64,000 nucleotides of DNA from Candidatus Pollutiaquabacter sp. (lineage in GTDB: Bacteria; Bacteroidota; Bacteroidia; AKYH767-A; 2013-40CM-41-45): assembly GCA_947465495.1 (NCBI GenBank), contig CANIAS010000007.1, forward strand, positions 444 to 64,443, given 5' to 3'. The position numbers and the translations under genes are program-made. The notes beneath the pieces were generated by a model. It did not search any database, was not told where the DNA came from, and saw only the letters and a program-made list of their open reading frames with translations. Below, in pieces: positions 47,609 to 58,423 of the stretch; positions within the stretch are counted from its first letter, which is position 1, and each line of letters begins with the position of its first letter.

Positions 47609-49555
47609 ATGAATATGTTCACTCAAGCCGTCTGGATTCCGCTCTTGCCTTTCCTCTCGTTCTTGCTACTAGGGTTCTTCGGAAAGTATCTGAAAGGTAC
47701 AACTGCGGGCTGGCTGGCCACAGTATTTCTACTTGGTGCTGCAGCTATTTCTTTCAACATTGCTTATGAGTATTTCTTTTTGTTCGGAAAAGATGCCAAT
47801 GGTGTTTACCAAACAATTGTCCCGCTTAAAATGACCTGGTTGCAGTTCGCAGGTGGTTTGTCTATTGATATGGGATTACTAATAGATCCTATCGCTGTGA
47901 TGATGTTGGTGGTAGTGACATTCATCTCTCTGATGGTACACCTGTACAGCCTTGGCTATATGAAAGGGGAGGAGCGCTTCAGTACCTATTACGCGTATCT
48001 TGGGTTGTTCACCTTTTCGATGTTGGGATTGGTACTTTCCGTCAATCTTTTCCAGATTTATATCTTCTGGGAATTAGTTGGGGTATCTTCCTTCTTATTG
48101 ATCGGTTTTTATTTCGATCGTGCTTCCGCCATTGCTGCAGCTAAAAAAGCATTCATCGTTACACGATTTGCAGACCTTGGATTTCTTATCGGGATCCTGG
48201 TACTTTCTTCGGCTGCTGGAACACTCGACTTTCAGACCTTAATTCAACGATTAACTGATTCAACCGGTGAAGGATTACACACGGCTACTGCTACCGGATT
48301 CCTGGGAGTTTCTGCACTAACTTGGGGCCTGTTATTGATTTTCATGGGCGGTGCTGGGAAATCGGCGATGTTCCCACTGCACATCTGGTTGCCGGATGCC
48401 ATGGAAGGACCTACACCTGTTTCTGCTTTGATTCATGCGGCCACCATGGTGGTAGCGGGTGTGTATCTCGTTGCTAGATTGTTTGGTATTTTTGCTTTTT
48501 CTGCACCAGGAGCCATGGAAGTCGTGGCCTGGGTGGGTGCTATATCCTCGCTCTTTGCAGCCGTCATCGCCTGTACACAAACCGACATCAAGCGCGTATT
48601 GGCTTATTCCACCATGTCGCAAATCGGCTACATGATGTTCGCATTGGGTGTTTCCGGTGGATCTGGCGAAGCAGTCGATGGTTTTACAGCAGCGAATTTC
48701 CACCTCTTTACACATGCAATGTTTAAAGCGCTATTGTTCTTAGGCGCCGGCATGGTCATTCATGCGGTTCATAGCAATGAGTTGAAAGATATGGGTGGTT
48801 TGAGGAAACAACTTCCAGTGACACACCTTACCTTTTTGATTGCTTGCTTGGCTATTGCTGGAGTTCCTCCATTTGCCGGTTTCTTTAGCAAAGAAGCCAT
48901 CTTGCACGCAGCTCACCTCACACATCCTGCTATCTATTGGATTGGCATCATTACCGCAGCATTGACCGCTTTCTACATGTTCCGGTTGTACTTTGGAATT
49001 TTCCACGGTGCTACCTCTTCGCATCATGGTGATAGTCATCATCACGGGCACGAAGGCGATTTCTTTCAAAAGCTGCCATTGATACTATTGGGAGTCGCCT
49101 CCATGACTGCTGGATTTATCCCTTTCGGAAATTTCGTTAGTTTTAGTGGACGACCGGTAGAGCTTCATACAGACCTGGCGTTTTCCATCCTCCCGGTTTC
49201 ATTGTCGTTGGTAGGAATTCTAATAGCTGCCTGGTTCTATCGTAAACCAAGTGAAATGCCGGATAAAGTGGCAGGATTTTTCGGGTCGGTTTTTACAGCG
49301 GCACGTCAGAAGTTCTACATTGATGAGATCTATCTTTTCATCACCCGTAAAATTATCTTCAAGTTGATAGCAGCGCCTGCTGCCTGGTTCGATCGTTCTA
49401 TTATTGATGGAACTGTAAATACATTCGGAGTAGCTGCTCAAACAGGTTCCGAGTCAATCAGTGATCTTCAAACCGGTAAGGTTCAGTCGTATGCCGCCTG
49501 GTTCGTAGGTGCAACCCTTCTCTTGATTATCGTCTTTATTTATTTCATCCATTGA
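47609..49555 (+). CDS. nuoL: NADH-quinone oxidoreductase subunit L
   Basis: 'GKSAMFPLHIWLPDAMEGPTPVSALIHAATMV', 'DIKRVLAYSTMSQIG', 'HAMFKALLFL'. Confidence 0.95.
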   Translation: MNMFTQAVWIPLLPFLSFLLLGFFGKYLKGTTAGWLATVFLLGAAAISFNIAYEYFFLFGKDANGVYQTIVPLKMTWLQFAGGLSIDMGLLIDPIAVMMLVVVTFISLMVHLYSLGYMKGEERFSTYYAYLGLFTFSMLGLVLSVNLFQIYIFWELVGVSSFLLIGFYFDRASAIAAAKKAFIVTRFADLGFLIGILVLSSAAGTLDFQTLIQRLTDSTGEGLHTATATGFLGVSALTWGLLLIFMGGAGKSAMFPLHIWLPDAMEGPTPVSALIHAATMVVAGVYLVARLFGIFAFSAPGAMEVVAWVGAISSLFAAVIACTQTDIKRVLAYSTMSQIGYMMFALGVSGGSGEAVDGFTAANFHLFTHAMFKALLFLGAGMVIHAVHSNELKDMGGLRKQLPVTHLTFLIACLAIAGVPPFAGFFSKEAILHAAHLTHPAIYWIGIITAALTAFYMFRLYFGIFHGATSSHHGDSHHHGHEGDFFQKLPLILLGVASMTAGFIPFGNFVSFSGRPVELHTDLAFSILPVSLSLVGILIAAWFYRKPSEMPDKVAGFFGSVFTAARQKFYIDEIYLFITRKIIFKLIAAPAAWFDRSIIDGTVNTFGVAAQTGSESISDLQTGKVQSYAAWFVGATLLLIIVFIYFIH

Positions 49556-49565
49556 TGCAGCAATC

Positions 49566-51068
49566 ATGAATCTGTCTCTATTATTCATCGTACCTGCCAT
49601 CACGGCTGTTGTCATCCTTTTTACAAGGTCGTTGCAACAAGCGCGTGCACTTGCATTAGGCGGATCGGTGGTGCAACTGTTTCTCGTTGGCAACTTGATT
49701 GCTGCTTTTCAGCGCACTACTTCCGGACTCGGTGATGGTGTTTCTGATTTTGTCTTTCAACAACGTATGGCTTGGTTTCCGTCGCTGCACATCGACTACT
49801 TTGTTGGAGTTGATGGCATCTCTGTAGCGATGATCGGACTTACTGCTCTAGTTGTACTGGCAGGTGTGCTCGTTTCGTGGAATGTCACTAAACAACCTCG
49901 TGAATTCTTCTTCTTGCTAATGTTTCTTAGTGCAGGTGCTTATGGATTCTTTATTTCCTTGGATTTGTTCCTTCAATTCTTTTTCCTTGAATTGGCGGTC
50001 ATTCCAAAGTATCTCTTAATTGGCATCTGGGGCAGCGGTAAAAAAGAATACAGCGCGAATAAGTTGGCGCTGATGTTAATGGGCGGTTCTGCGCTGGTAT
50101 TCGTTGGTTTGCTGGGAGTGTACTTCCGCTCCGGATCTACCGTTACCTTCGATTGGCTGCGGGCTACTGGTAGTATCATGCCGGTATCCGATCAGCTTTT
50201 TTTCTTCCCATTTCTTTTTTTGGGATTCGGTGTGTTTACTGCTTTGTTCCCGTTTCATACCTGGGTGCCCGATGGACACTCTAGCGCACCTACAGCTGCC
50301 TCCATGTTCTTGGCGGGAATATCGATGAAATTAGGTGGGTATGGATGTCTTCGTGTTGCGATGTGTCTGATGCCCGAGGCTGCACAATACTACTCAGTCT
50401 ACATTGTCGCTCTTGCTACCATCGCTGTGCTCTATGGTGCTTTCGCTACCATGATGCAGACGGATCTGAAATACATCAATGCATATTCATCGGTTAGCCA
50501 TTGCGGATTTGTTCTCTTGGGAATTGGCATGATGACCCGCTCCTCTATACAAGGTGCTGTACTGCAAATGGTCTCTCACGGATTAATGACAGCCCTCTTC
50601 TTTGCCGCAATCGGGATGTTGTACGAACGGACACATACTCGAAAGGTGAGTGAACTAGGTGGTGTTATGAAAAGTATGCCCTTTGTTTCTACGTTGTTTT
50701 TCTTAGCCGGACTTTGTTCGCTTGGATTGCCTGGGTTGTCTGGGTTCGTTTCTGAGATGACCGTTTTTGTAGGTTCATGGGAGCGAGCAGAAACAGGTTA
50801 CCGGGTTATGACCGTCCTAAGCTGCATGTCTATTGTTGTTACCGCAGTCTATATCCTTCGAGCTATCGGTTCTTCCATCATGGGAGCACCACGTTCAGCT
50901 GCATTTTTACAATTCAAAGATGCTGCATGGAACGAACGGGTGGCTGCAGCAGTTTTAATGGCCGGTATCCTCATTATCGGCATCACACCATTCCTATTAA
51001 ATCAATTGATCCTTCCAGGTTCGGAAAAGATCGCCCAACAGCTTCAACGCATCATCCTACCGCTTTGA
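49566..51068 (+). CDS. nuoM: NADH-quinone oxidoreductase subunit M
   Basis: 'GVDGIS', 'PFHTWVPDGH..APT', 'AYSSVSHCG', 'GLPGLSGFVSE'. Confidence 0.93.
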   Translation: MNLSLLFIVPAITAVVILFTRSLQQARALALGGSVVQLFLVGNLIAAFQRTTSGLGDGVSDFVFQQRMAWFPSLHIDYFVGVDGISVAMIGLTALVVLAGVLVSWNVTKQPREFFFLLMFLSAGAYGFFISLDLFLQFFFLELAVIPKYLLIGIWGSGKKEYSANKLALMLMGGSALVFVGLLGVYFRSGSTVTFDWLRATGSIMPVSDQLFFFPFLFLGFGVFTALFPFHTWVPDGHSSAPTAASMFLAGISMKLGGYGCLRVAMCLMPEAAQYYSVYIVALATIAVLYGAFATMMQTDLKYINAYSSVSHCGFVLLGIGMMTRSSIQGAVLQMVSHGLMTALFFAAIGMLYERTHTRKVSELGGVMKSMPFVSTLFFLAGLCSLGLPGLSGFVSEMTVFVGSWERAETGYRVMTVLSCMSIVVTAVYILRAIGSSIMGAPRSAAFLQFKDAAWNERVAAAVLMAGILIIGITPFLLNQLILPGSEKIAQQLQRIILPL

Positions 51069-51069
51069 T

Positions 51070-52482
51070 ATGAACGAGATCGTCCAATTCATGCTTCCGG
51101 AGCTCGGCTTGACCGTCTTGCTTTTTGTATTGCTATTCGTCCGCATCGTTGGGAAACTTGAGCTTGCTGGGCAGGTTTGCCAGCTCATGAACATCGCATT
51201 GCCAATATTGGCCTTGTGTATGTGGTTTATGCCTGCTCCTGAAGGAGCTCAATTTGGTGGAATGATGATCAGCTCTAAATTGATTGTCACGGAAAAACTA
51301 TTGCTCCTTGTAGGTACCTGGATCATCAGCCTGTTTTCTTCACCGTGGTTGCGCGGTCATCGACATCCTGCAGAATTCTACATGTTGATGCTCTCCACGC
51401 TGATGGGCATATTTTTCTTGCTATCCAGCGGCGATTTCTTGCTCTTCTTCCTTGCATTGGAATTGTCCGCAATTCCGTTGGCGGCTCTCTGTAATTTTGA
51501 TTTGGAAAAACACGTCAGTGGCGAAAGTGCTATGAAAATGATTTTTTCCTCCGCCCTTTCTTCGGGCATTCTCTTATTCGGCATTTCGTTGCTGTATGGC
51601 GCAACAGGTACATTGTCATTTGTACAAATTCCTGCCCTGTTGGACGGCTCGCCTCTTCAGATCATGGCATTTGTAATGATCTTTACTGGTTTCGCGTTTA
51701 AGTTGTCGATTGTTCCATTTCATTTTTGGACCGCAGATGTCTATGAGGGTGCACCTGTTCCTGTGACTGCTTTCTTGTCAGTCATCTCCAAAGGATCAAT
51801 GGCATTTGTTTTCGTTAGCGCATTATACACGGTATTTCGTCCACTGTCAGAAATCTGGTACATCGCGATTACACTGCTGGCGGTAATATCGATGACGGTT
51901 GGAAACCTCTTTGCCATTCGCCAACAGAATTTGAAACGTTTCCTGGCCTTCTCGAGTATCGCGCAAGTAGGTTACCTGCTAATAGGTATTTCTGGAAGCT
52001 CGATCGACGGAATGTCATCCGTAGTTTATTTTGTGTTGGTCTATGTATTCTCCAACCTCGCTGCCTTTGCCGTAATCACGCTGGTTTCTTCTGCCACTTC
52101 CCGAGAAACCATCGACGGTCTAAAAGGTTTTCATGCTTCAAATCCGCTATTGGCTTGGGTCTTGGCACTTGCCTTATTCTCACTCGCAGGGATTCCTCCA
52201 ACCGCCGGATTCTTTGGTAAATTTTTCCTGCTTACTGCAGGTGCGGCCAAATGGAATAGTCCGGTACTCATCGTTGCTGCATTGAACATGGTGGTATCGT
52301 TGTATTATTACCTGCGTGTGGTGAAAGCCATGTTCATGGATTCATCCGACGATACCATGATTCGACTTACTCCTAATGTGTCCGTGCAATTCGCCTTACT
52401 ACTTTGTACTGCAGGTATACTTCTCCTGGGCTTTTATTCCCCGGCCTACGAGTGGATTCGTTCACTTAGCTTCGGTATCTGA
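51070..52482 (+). CDS. nuoN: NADH-quinone oxidoreductase subunit N
   Basis: 'FKLSIVPFHFWTADVYEGAP', 'KRFLAFSSIAQVGY', 'SLAGIPPTAGFFGKF'. Confidence 0.95.
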   Translation: MNEIVQFMLPELGLTVLLFVLLFVRIVGKLELAGQVCQLMNIALPILALCMWFMPAPEGAQFGGMMISSKLIVTEKLLLLVGTWIISLFSSPWLRGHRHPAEFYMLMLSTLMGIFFLLSSGDFLLFFLALELSAIPLAALCNFDLEKHVSGESAMKMIFSSALSSGILLFGISLLYGATGTLSFVQIPALLDGSPLQIMAFVMIFTGFAFKLSIVPFHFWTADVYEGAPVPVTAFLSVISKGSMAFVFVSALYTVFRPLSEIWYIAITLLAVISMTVGNLFAIRQQNLKRFLAFSSIAQVGYLLIGISGSSIDGMSSVVYFVLVYVFSNLAAFAVITLVSSATSRETIDGLKGFHASNPLLAWVLALALFSLAGIPPTAGFFGKFFLLTAGAAKWNSPVLIVAALNMVVSLYYYLRVVKAMFMDSSDDTMIRLTPNVSVQFALLLCTAGILLLGFYSPAYEWIRSLSFGI

Positions 52483-52502
52483 TCGTTTTCAATAGCAAAT
52501 TT

Positions 52503-52859
52503 ATGGCCATCAACCAACATCACTTATTTGAAGACCTTGACGGCACTAAGTGCGCAGTCGTTGAAAAAAATATAAGTTCTGAGCGAGTTTCCTTTTTAAA
52601 GGCGCTTCTGGAATTCAATGGCTATACGGTAGTGGTTGTTCCTGCCGCGCCCGCTAAAGCAGCCTCGGTCGAAAGCGATGCAGCAGCCCCAGCTCCGCCT
52701 ACATTGTTTACCTTGGGCGTCAGCGATGTTATGTTCAACGCTACCAACGCGGTGTTTGGACGCTTATTGCGAACACCTAATGGGCAAGTAGTCAGCCTCG
52801 ATTATTGGAAACAACGATCTGGGGTCTCGGATGATCAGACGCCCTATTATCAGCGTTGA
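52503..52859 (+). CDS. Hypothetical protein at the end of the nuo operon
   Basis: 118-aa soluble-looking ORF 20 bp after nuoN on the same strand, with no terminator seen between them. Confidence 0.75.
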   Translation: MAINQHHLFEDLDGTKCAVVEKNISSERVSFLKALLEFNGYTVVVVPAAPAKAASVESDAAAPAPPTLFTLGVSDVMFNATNAVFGRLLRTPNGQVVSLDYWKQRSGVSDDQTPYYQR

Positions 52860-52867
52860 TTAATCGA

Positions 52868-55549
52868 TTACTCTTCCAACTTGTAAAGTACAATAGATCC
52901 TTCAGGAGTCGCTGTTAGTGTGTAGGAGCCGTCTGCTTGGTCAGGTAACCTTATGTCGCAGTAATAGCCATTGCCTGGTATCGGAAGTCCAGGAAGCATA
53001 TTTCCGTTATTGTCATAGAGCCATAAGAGTCCTTTGTTTTTTGAGTAAAGCCCCCAGTGGTCAGACTCATACGTTAGGTTAATGGCAAATGCACAGTCGG
53101 CTGCGGGTAGATCATTGGAAGACGGCTGGGAGTCTTGCGCTCGTACCATCCATGATTTGGTGGAGTCGGCGAGTAATACCATGCGTGATGTTGTGCGTTG
53201 ATTGACGGCGTTCAGCCGAAAAGCACCTGATGGAGGTGATAGTGTTCGTAAGCTCATCGAAACCACGTCGAGTTCCAGCACCATTCCTTCGTTAGTCAAT
53301 AGCAGTACGTTGTTTCTGTCAGCGGTGTCTGCACGTGTCAACTCAATTCGTGTCACTGGTTTTTCAATGGGAACTGCAGTCGCTTTGCCTGATTCGTTCA
53401 CTACGAATACTTTTTTATTGGTGTGTAAGCATATTTTATTTCCGATGACAACCAGCGGGGAGCTCAACTGTTGTACGTTGAACTTTTGTTGGAAGCCTTC
53501 GATTGGCCTTCCGTCCGTTTCGTATCCATAAAGTTTCCCATTTTCGCAAACGATATAAAGTTTGTCAATCAGTCCGTTGGCATCGTAGGAGCAGCAAAGT
53601 TCACTCATTGCCGGAGCCGGTAGTTGAATGGGGAAATTGCCCGCATTGTTTCCGTCCTGATCGATGACCCAAAGTTGCTGCTTGGTGGCAAATGCAAAAT
53701 GAATGATGCCGTTCTTGAATAAGTCAACTGGATGACAACGGCCCATCAGTTTGTCTGGTAATGGTTTTTTAATTCGAATGATTCCGGAAGGTAGGATGAG
53801 ATACAATTGATTCAACTGATCTTGTGCTGCAATTAATGGAAGTGTTCGGTTCGGGCCAGTATACAGCACATGAGGAGGAACTTCAAGGGCAGTATCCAGT
53901 ACTGTTGCCCACGTCAAAGCAGCAGGCTGAATTTTTTGCTCGGTAGCATTGATCCGTACGGAAGTAGTGTAGCGATTGTTGACCTTCGTGATTTTCAGGG
54001 AAAGACTTCCAAGGTTATTGAGAAAGTTGTTTTGCGTCAACAGGGAATTGGCCCGCTGATCATCGAAGATGACGCGCGTTAATTGCTGACATCGGTTACG
54101 ATCAATATAGGTCAATAGCGCTGGCCTGTCTCCTTGTAGCTGAAGTTGTCGGCGCATGGAAGGGTCTTTTAACAGTGTCTTTTTGTCTGTAAACGTGTTC
54201 AGTATACTTATAATAGCGGAGGATTGATTGGCGAAAAAGAATGTATTACCGATTCGAGCAAAGCACGTTCGTTTAACTCCTGTACCCAATTTGCCAAACC
54301 AGATGGAAGCTAGCTCGCATTCAGGCATAGTGCTAATGACTACGTTGCCATGCCGTTCAACGGTGGATCCTTTTGTAGCTGCACGCAATGATTCCAATTG
54401 CATTGTCAATCGGTCGGGGTCTTGCACACGAACAGCAATGATCTGATGGTTGGTGACATCTGTAGTTGCGGGTTCGGTGACGAATAGGCAGCATTCCCCT
54501 GTAAATCGATGTAATAGTTTTGAATCTACCTTACTTCCTAAGATACCTTCAACTTCCTGCTGCTGTTGTGTTCTCAATGGACCTGCTTCGAAGAGTCCGT
54601 TGTTGGATTGTAAATGCTTCCAGGTGGCTTGTGAACTATCGAAAGCAAACCAAGTGAAAAATGCCGTAGTGCCAGGTAACATTTCCAATAGATCTTCCGG
54701 ACGGTTAATCGTATTGGAAAGATTTGCAATAAGATCGGAGGTGTCACTTGGACTGCTTGCGCCACTCATGGTAAGTCCGGTTGCGTTCGATTGCAAATTT
54801 CCTCCTGACCATTCACCAGTTCTTCCAAGTAGTTGTAATGCAATATTACCTGTTGGTGTAGTGGCATCTGTAAACAGGTCACGAATGGCGGGGAAGTGAA
54901 GGTATGCCGTTGCTTGTCCGTTGCGACTGACGGGTTGGTATATTGAGTTAAATGATTTTTGTTTTCGTAAAGGAATTCCGCTACTCAGTTGCCGTATGGC
55001 ATTTTCGACTAACAACGCTGAACGACTGTAGCAAAAAATACCATTATAGATGGTGAAACTAATGGCCGGCTTCTCAGATTCATGGATGGTGGTGCTTTCG
55101 AATTCACGCTCCAACCAAGTAGATTCTTTAAAATGCGTTTGAACGATGGACGTTGCTTTTTGCGCACTGACACCCGGAGGAAGGTCTGTTGACCAAAGCC
55201 AATCGGTGGTGCGACTTCCGGATGGATGTAAGGAGAGGTAAATAATTTTTTCTTTCCATACACTCGCCATTGTTTCGTTCGTCGATAGAGCGGAATCCAA
55301 TTGGGATGCGAATTGTTCAAACGCTTGGAAACTGCTGTCTTGTTTGACCAGTTTCCAGAGCGATGAGTTTTCAAGTTTTACGGCAATGTCGTGACCTCCT
55401 TTTATTTCCAAAATCAATGCAGCGTCTCCTGAAATGGCGTCTTGCGGGTTGGATAGGATAACGGAATAGCGTTGGAAATAATAAAATCCCAACGCAGCGA
55501 CCAAGGTCACTACCATGGCGATCAATGCACCGCGTACCATTTGTTTCAT
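52868..55549 (-). CDS. Large membrane-anchored hypothetical protein (DUF3352-like N-terminal region, C-terminal beta-propeller-like region)
   Basis: About 890 aa with an N-terminal TM anchor and C-terminal repeats such as 'GNNAGNFPI', 'GRPIEGF' and 'GNMLPGLPI'. Confidence 0.6.
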   Translation of the reverse strand: MKQMVRGALIAMVVTLVAALGFYYFQRYSVILSNPQDAISGDAALILEIKGGHDIAVKLENSSLWKLVKQDSSFQAFEQFASQLDSALSTNETMASVWKEKIIYLSLHPSGSRTTDWLWSTDLPPGVSAQKATSIVQTHFKESTWLEREFESTTIHESEKPAISFTIYNGIFCYSRSALLVENAIRQLSSGIPLRKQKSFNSIYQPVSRNGQATAYLHFPAIRDLFTDATTPTGNIALQLLGRTGEWSGGNLQSNATGLTMSGASSPSDTSDLIANLSNTINRPEDLLEMLPGTTAFFTWFAFDSSQATWKHLQSNNGLFEAGPLRTQQQQEVEGILGSKVDSKLLHRFTGECCLFVTEPATTDVTNHQIIAVRVQDPDRLTMQLESLRAATKGSTVERHGNVVISTMPECELASIWFGKLGTGVKRTCFARIGNTFFFANQSSAIISILNTFTDKKTLLKDPSMRRQLQLQGDRPALLTYIDRNRCQQLTRVIFDDQRANSLLTQNNFLNNLGSLSLKITKVNNRYTTSVRINATEQKIQPAALTWATVLDTALEVPPHVLYTGPNRTLPLIAAQDQLNQLYLILPSGIIRIKKPLPDKLMGRCHPVDLFKNGIIHFAFATKQQLWVIDQDGNNAGNFPIQLPAPAMSELCCSYDANGLIDKLYIVCENGKLYGYETDGRPIEGFQQKFNVQQLSSPLVVIGNKICLHTNKKVFVVNESGKATAVPIEKPVTRIELTRADTADRNNVLLLTNEGMVLELDVVSMSLRTLSPPSGAFRLNAVNQRTTSRMVLLADSTKSWMVRAQDSQPSSNDLPAADCAFAINLTYESDHWGLYSKNKGLLWLYDNNGNMLPGLPIPGNGYYCDIRLPDQADGSYTLTATPEGSIVLYKLEE

Positions 55550-55617
55550 GTAGGAAATGTAGCCAACCCTTCCGTCAGAAGTACACGCATCCACCTCGAT
55601 GTATTTACACGGTAGTG

Positions 55618-56217
55618 TTAAAAAGGAATAGAGAGTTGGTCGGGTAAAAGTCGAAAACTCAAGCGATGGTGCGGACTTATTCCGTGTTCAAGAATCGCCT
55701 TTCGATGAGCTGCTGTGCCATACCCTTTGTTCTTGCTCCATTGGTATTGCGGAAACTCAAGGTCCAATTGCAGCAACAGGTCGTCGCGGTAGGTTTTGGC
55801 TAATACCGAAGCAGCTGCGATGGAGAGGTACTTCGCATCTCCGCCAATAATGCAATGGTGAGGAATGTTGTAATACGGAGTGAACCGGTTGCCATCAATC
55901 AGCAGCAAGCCAGGACGTTCGGACAAGGTGTTAATAGCCCGGTGCATGGCGAGAAAGGAGGCGTTTAAAATATTGATTTGATCGATTTCTTCCCGATCAA
56001 CCTGACCCACCGACCAAGCAATTGCTTCTTGCTCAATTTCTGTACGAAGCTGATAACGTTGTTTCTCAGAAAGCTGTTTGGAATCATTTAGCACCTTACT
56101 TCGGTAGTCCTTGGGTAATATCACCGCTGCTGCAAATACAGGTCCCGCCAAACATCCACGACCGGCTTCGTCGCAACCGGCTTCCAGTAATCGCTGTTGG
56201 TAGCTTCTCTTAAGCAT
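55618..56217 (-). CDS. rnhB: Ribonuclease HII
   Basis: '[14 protein letters not shown]', 'DSKQL', 'LIDGN', '[14 protein letters not shown]', 'KNKGYGT'. Confidence 0.95.
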   Translation of the reverse strand: MLKRSYQQRLLEAGCDEAGRGCLAGPVFAAAVILPKDYRSKVLNDSKQLSEKQRYQLRTEIEQEAIAWSVGQVDREEIDQINILNASFLAMHRAINTLSERPGLLLIDGNRFTPYYNIPHHCIIGGDAKYLSIAAASVLAKTYRDDLLLQLDLEFPQYQWSKNKGYGTAAHRKAILEHGISPHHRLSFRLLPDQLSIPF

Positions 56218-56230
56218 TCGTCGCAAGGTG

Positions 56231-57358
56231 TCAGCTGTTCATGGTCCGTAGCATGCTTTGCCAAAGATTTTCTGCCGTGTGATTCCAGGAGAATTGAGCA
56301 CTTCGTTCCAGGCCCTTTTGTATGAGACCGGTTCTTAGCGGTTCGTCATTCAGCAATTGCAGCATCGCGTCACTCATGGATGTAGCGTCGAATGGATTCG
56401 CCAGTAAAGCTGCGCCTCCCGCGACTTCTGGCATGGACGTGACATTCGAAGTAATCACAGGTACTCCGGATCGCATTCCTTCGAGAATAGGAATGCCAAA
56501 TCCTTCAAAATTGGAAACATACATTACAGCAAATGAAGCGGCAGCGATGCGGTGCAGTTGATCCTCGTCCACCCGGCCGGTGAAAATTACGTCGGAACGG
56601 TGTTGTAAATTAGACAAACAATCTTCCATCTCGTTGGTCCACCAGCGCTTGATTCCGGCAAAAACGAATTTGATAGTTGATCCGCTGCGCGATTTGAAAT
56701 CGTCAAATGCTTTTAAGTGGTGAAGGATGTTCTTCCGTGCATGCAAGGCGCCGATAAAAAGGAAGTAAGGCTGTCCGTCTGTTAGCGCTTGTCGCACACG
56801 AGAAATTGTAGCAATGTCCAGAGGATGGAATCCTTCGTTCACTCCGTTGTACACTACGTCAATCTTTTCAGCCGGAACCTGGTAGTACTTCGAAATATCA
56901 TGGCGGGAGAAATCAGAAACGGTAGCAATGCGGTTGGATTGACGGGCGTATTTCGGAAAGTAATGCCGATAGTAGGTTCGGTTGAAGAAAGGTAAGTCTC
57001 CCGGATAATGCTCGAAGTTGATGTCGTGTATGACCGTTAAGGTCTTGACCTTGGAACGCAACGACATGTATCCGTCTGGAGAAACGAATAAGTCTGGCTT
57101 GATCTCTTTAAAGATTCGCGGCAGCGTGTGTTCATACCACCAGTACCATAGCAAAGGGTGCCTGGCGGGAGGTCCGGCTGCAATACCCCGCACGTTTGGA
57201 CCGAAAATATATCGGTTATCAAATGGTCGGTCAAATAAGAAAATGAATTCGTGTTCCGGGTGGTTGCGGGTGATGCGGCTGAATGCTTCCAGACAGAAAT
57301 AGCCGATGCCTTCGAGTCGATGGGGTAGCAGCATTCGGGTATTTACAGCTATTCGCAT
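56231..57358 (-). CDS. Glycosyltransferase family 4
   Basis: 'VIHDINF', 'TVSDFSR', '[26 protein letters not shown]'. Confidence 0.92.
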   Translation of the reverse strand: MRIAVNTRMLLPHRLEGIGYFCLEAFSRITRNHPEHEFIFLFDRPFDNRYIFGPNVRGIAAGPPARHPLLWYWWYEHTLPRIFKEIKPDLFVSPDGYMSLRSKVKTLTVIHDINFEHYPGDLPFFNRTYYRHYFPKYARQSNRIATVSDFSRHDISKYYQVPAEKIDVVYNGVNEGFHPLDIATISRVRQALTDGQPYFLFIGALHARKNILHHLKAFDDFKSRSGSTIKFVFAGIKRWWTNEMEDCLSNLQHRSDVIFTGRVDEDQLHRIAAASFAVMYVSNFEGFGIPILEGMRSGVPVITSNVTSMPEVAGGAALLANPFDATSMSDAMLQLLNDEPLRTGLIQKGLERSAQFSWNHTAENLWQSMLRTMNS

Positions 57359-57487
57359 TGCTGTAAATTTACAAAGTAAAATCGTACCAAAGAGGCGTTA
57401 ACTCCCCCTGATTCTGTTGATAACGTGCTGAAACCTTTCGTAGCAAGAAGCTGCCCCGGTGTTTCATTTATCTTAATTTTGAAATTA

Positions 57488-58423
57488 ATGAGATTTAGTA
57501 TTCCTGTTACCTTAAACGAATTAGCTGCATTTTCCGGTGCAGTTGTCATCGGCGATGGCTCCATGTTGGTGCTGGGCTTAAATGAGATTCATAAAGTCGA
57601 AGCTGGAGATATCACATTTGTCGATCATCCTAAGTACTACGATAAAGCGCTCTCTTCCGCGGCTACGTTTGTGATCATCAACAAACAGGTAGATGTTCCT
57701 GCTGGAAAGGCACTGCTTTATCACGAAGATCCCTTTCGTATATACAATTCCATCGCCCGCAAATACCGTGTCTTTAATTCCAGTACCACTGCCGTAAGTG
57801 AAACGGCTACGATTGGTGAAGGCACCGTACTGCAGCCCGGCGTTTTTGTTGGTCATCATGTAAAGATTGGTCGAAATTGCCTTATCCATTCCAATGTGAG
57901 TATTTACGATCATACTGAAATTGGCGATGATGTAATCATACATGCTAATTCGGTCATTGGTGCGGATGCGTTTTATTTCAAACGTAGGCCAGAAGGGTAC
58001 GATAAAATGTATTCGTGTGGCCGTGTTGTAATTCATGACCGCGTTGAAATAGGAGCGTGCTGTACCATTGATAAAGGTGTGTCTGCGGATACCATCATTG
58101 GTCAAGGAACAAAACTCGATAATATGGTCCACATCGGACACGATACGATAATTGGTAAAAATTGTCTTTTTGCCGCTCAGGTGGCGATCGCAGGAGTAGT
58201 GACGGTCGAGGATGATGTCATATTGTGGGGCCAAGTCGGTGTTCAGAAAGATTTGACCATTGGAAAAGGAGCTGTGGTGCTTGGCAAGTCAGGCGTTCCT
58301 AAATCCATTGAAGGAGGAAAAACGTATTTCGGCACGTTAGTTCGGGAAGCAAAAGATAAAATGCGTGAAATTGCATTGATCAGACAGTTGCCCGAAATAC
58401 TGGAACGAATCAAGCGATCATGA
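57488..58423 (+). CDS. lpxD: UDP-3-O-(3-hydroxymyristoyl)glucosamine N-acyltransferase (LpxD family)
   Basis: LpxD N-terminal domain, hexapeptide repeats, 'IGADAF', 'TIDKG' and 'KLDNMVHIGHD'. Confidence 0.8.
   Translation: MRFSIPVTLNELAAFSGAVVIGDGSMLVLGLNEIHKVEAGDITFVDHPKYYDKALSSAATFVIINKQVDVPAGKALLYHEDPFRIYNSIARKYRVFNSSTTAVSETATIGEGTVLQPGVFVGHHVKIGRNCLIHSNVSIYDHTEIGDDVIIHANSVIGADAFYFKRRPEGYDKMYSCGRVVIHDRVEIGACCTIDKGVSADTIIGQGTKLDNMVHIGHDTIIGKNCLFAAQVAIAGVVTVEDDVILWGQVGVQKDLTIGKGAVVLGKSGVPKSIEGGKTYFGTLVREAKDKMREIALIRQLPEILERIKRS

Noticed and set aside
49020..49055. His-rich stretch in NuoL (HHGDSHHHGHE) as a novel metal site
   Set aside because: His-rich loops at this position are common in NuoL proteins.
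57415..57423. DnaA-box-like TTATCAACA (minus strand), suggesting oriC
   Set aside because: A single imperfect box in a short divergent promoter region, with no box cluster or unwinding element.
57578..58234. 218-aa minus-strand ORF
   Set aside because: Antisense shadow of the lpxD hexapeptide repeats.
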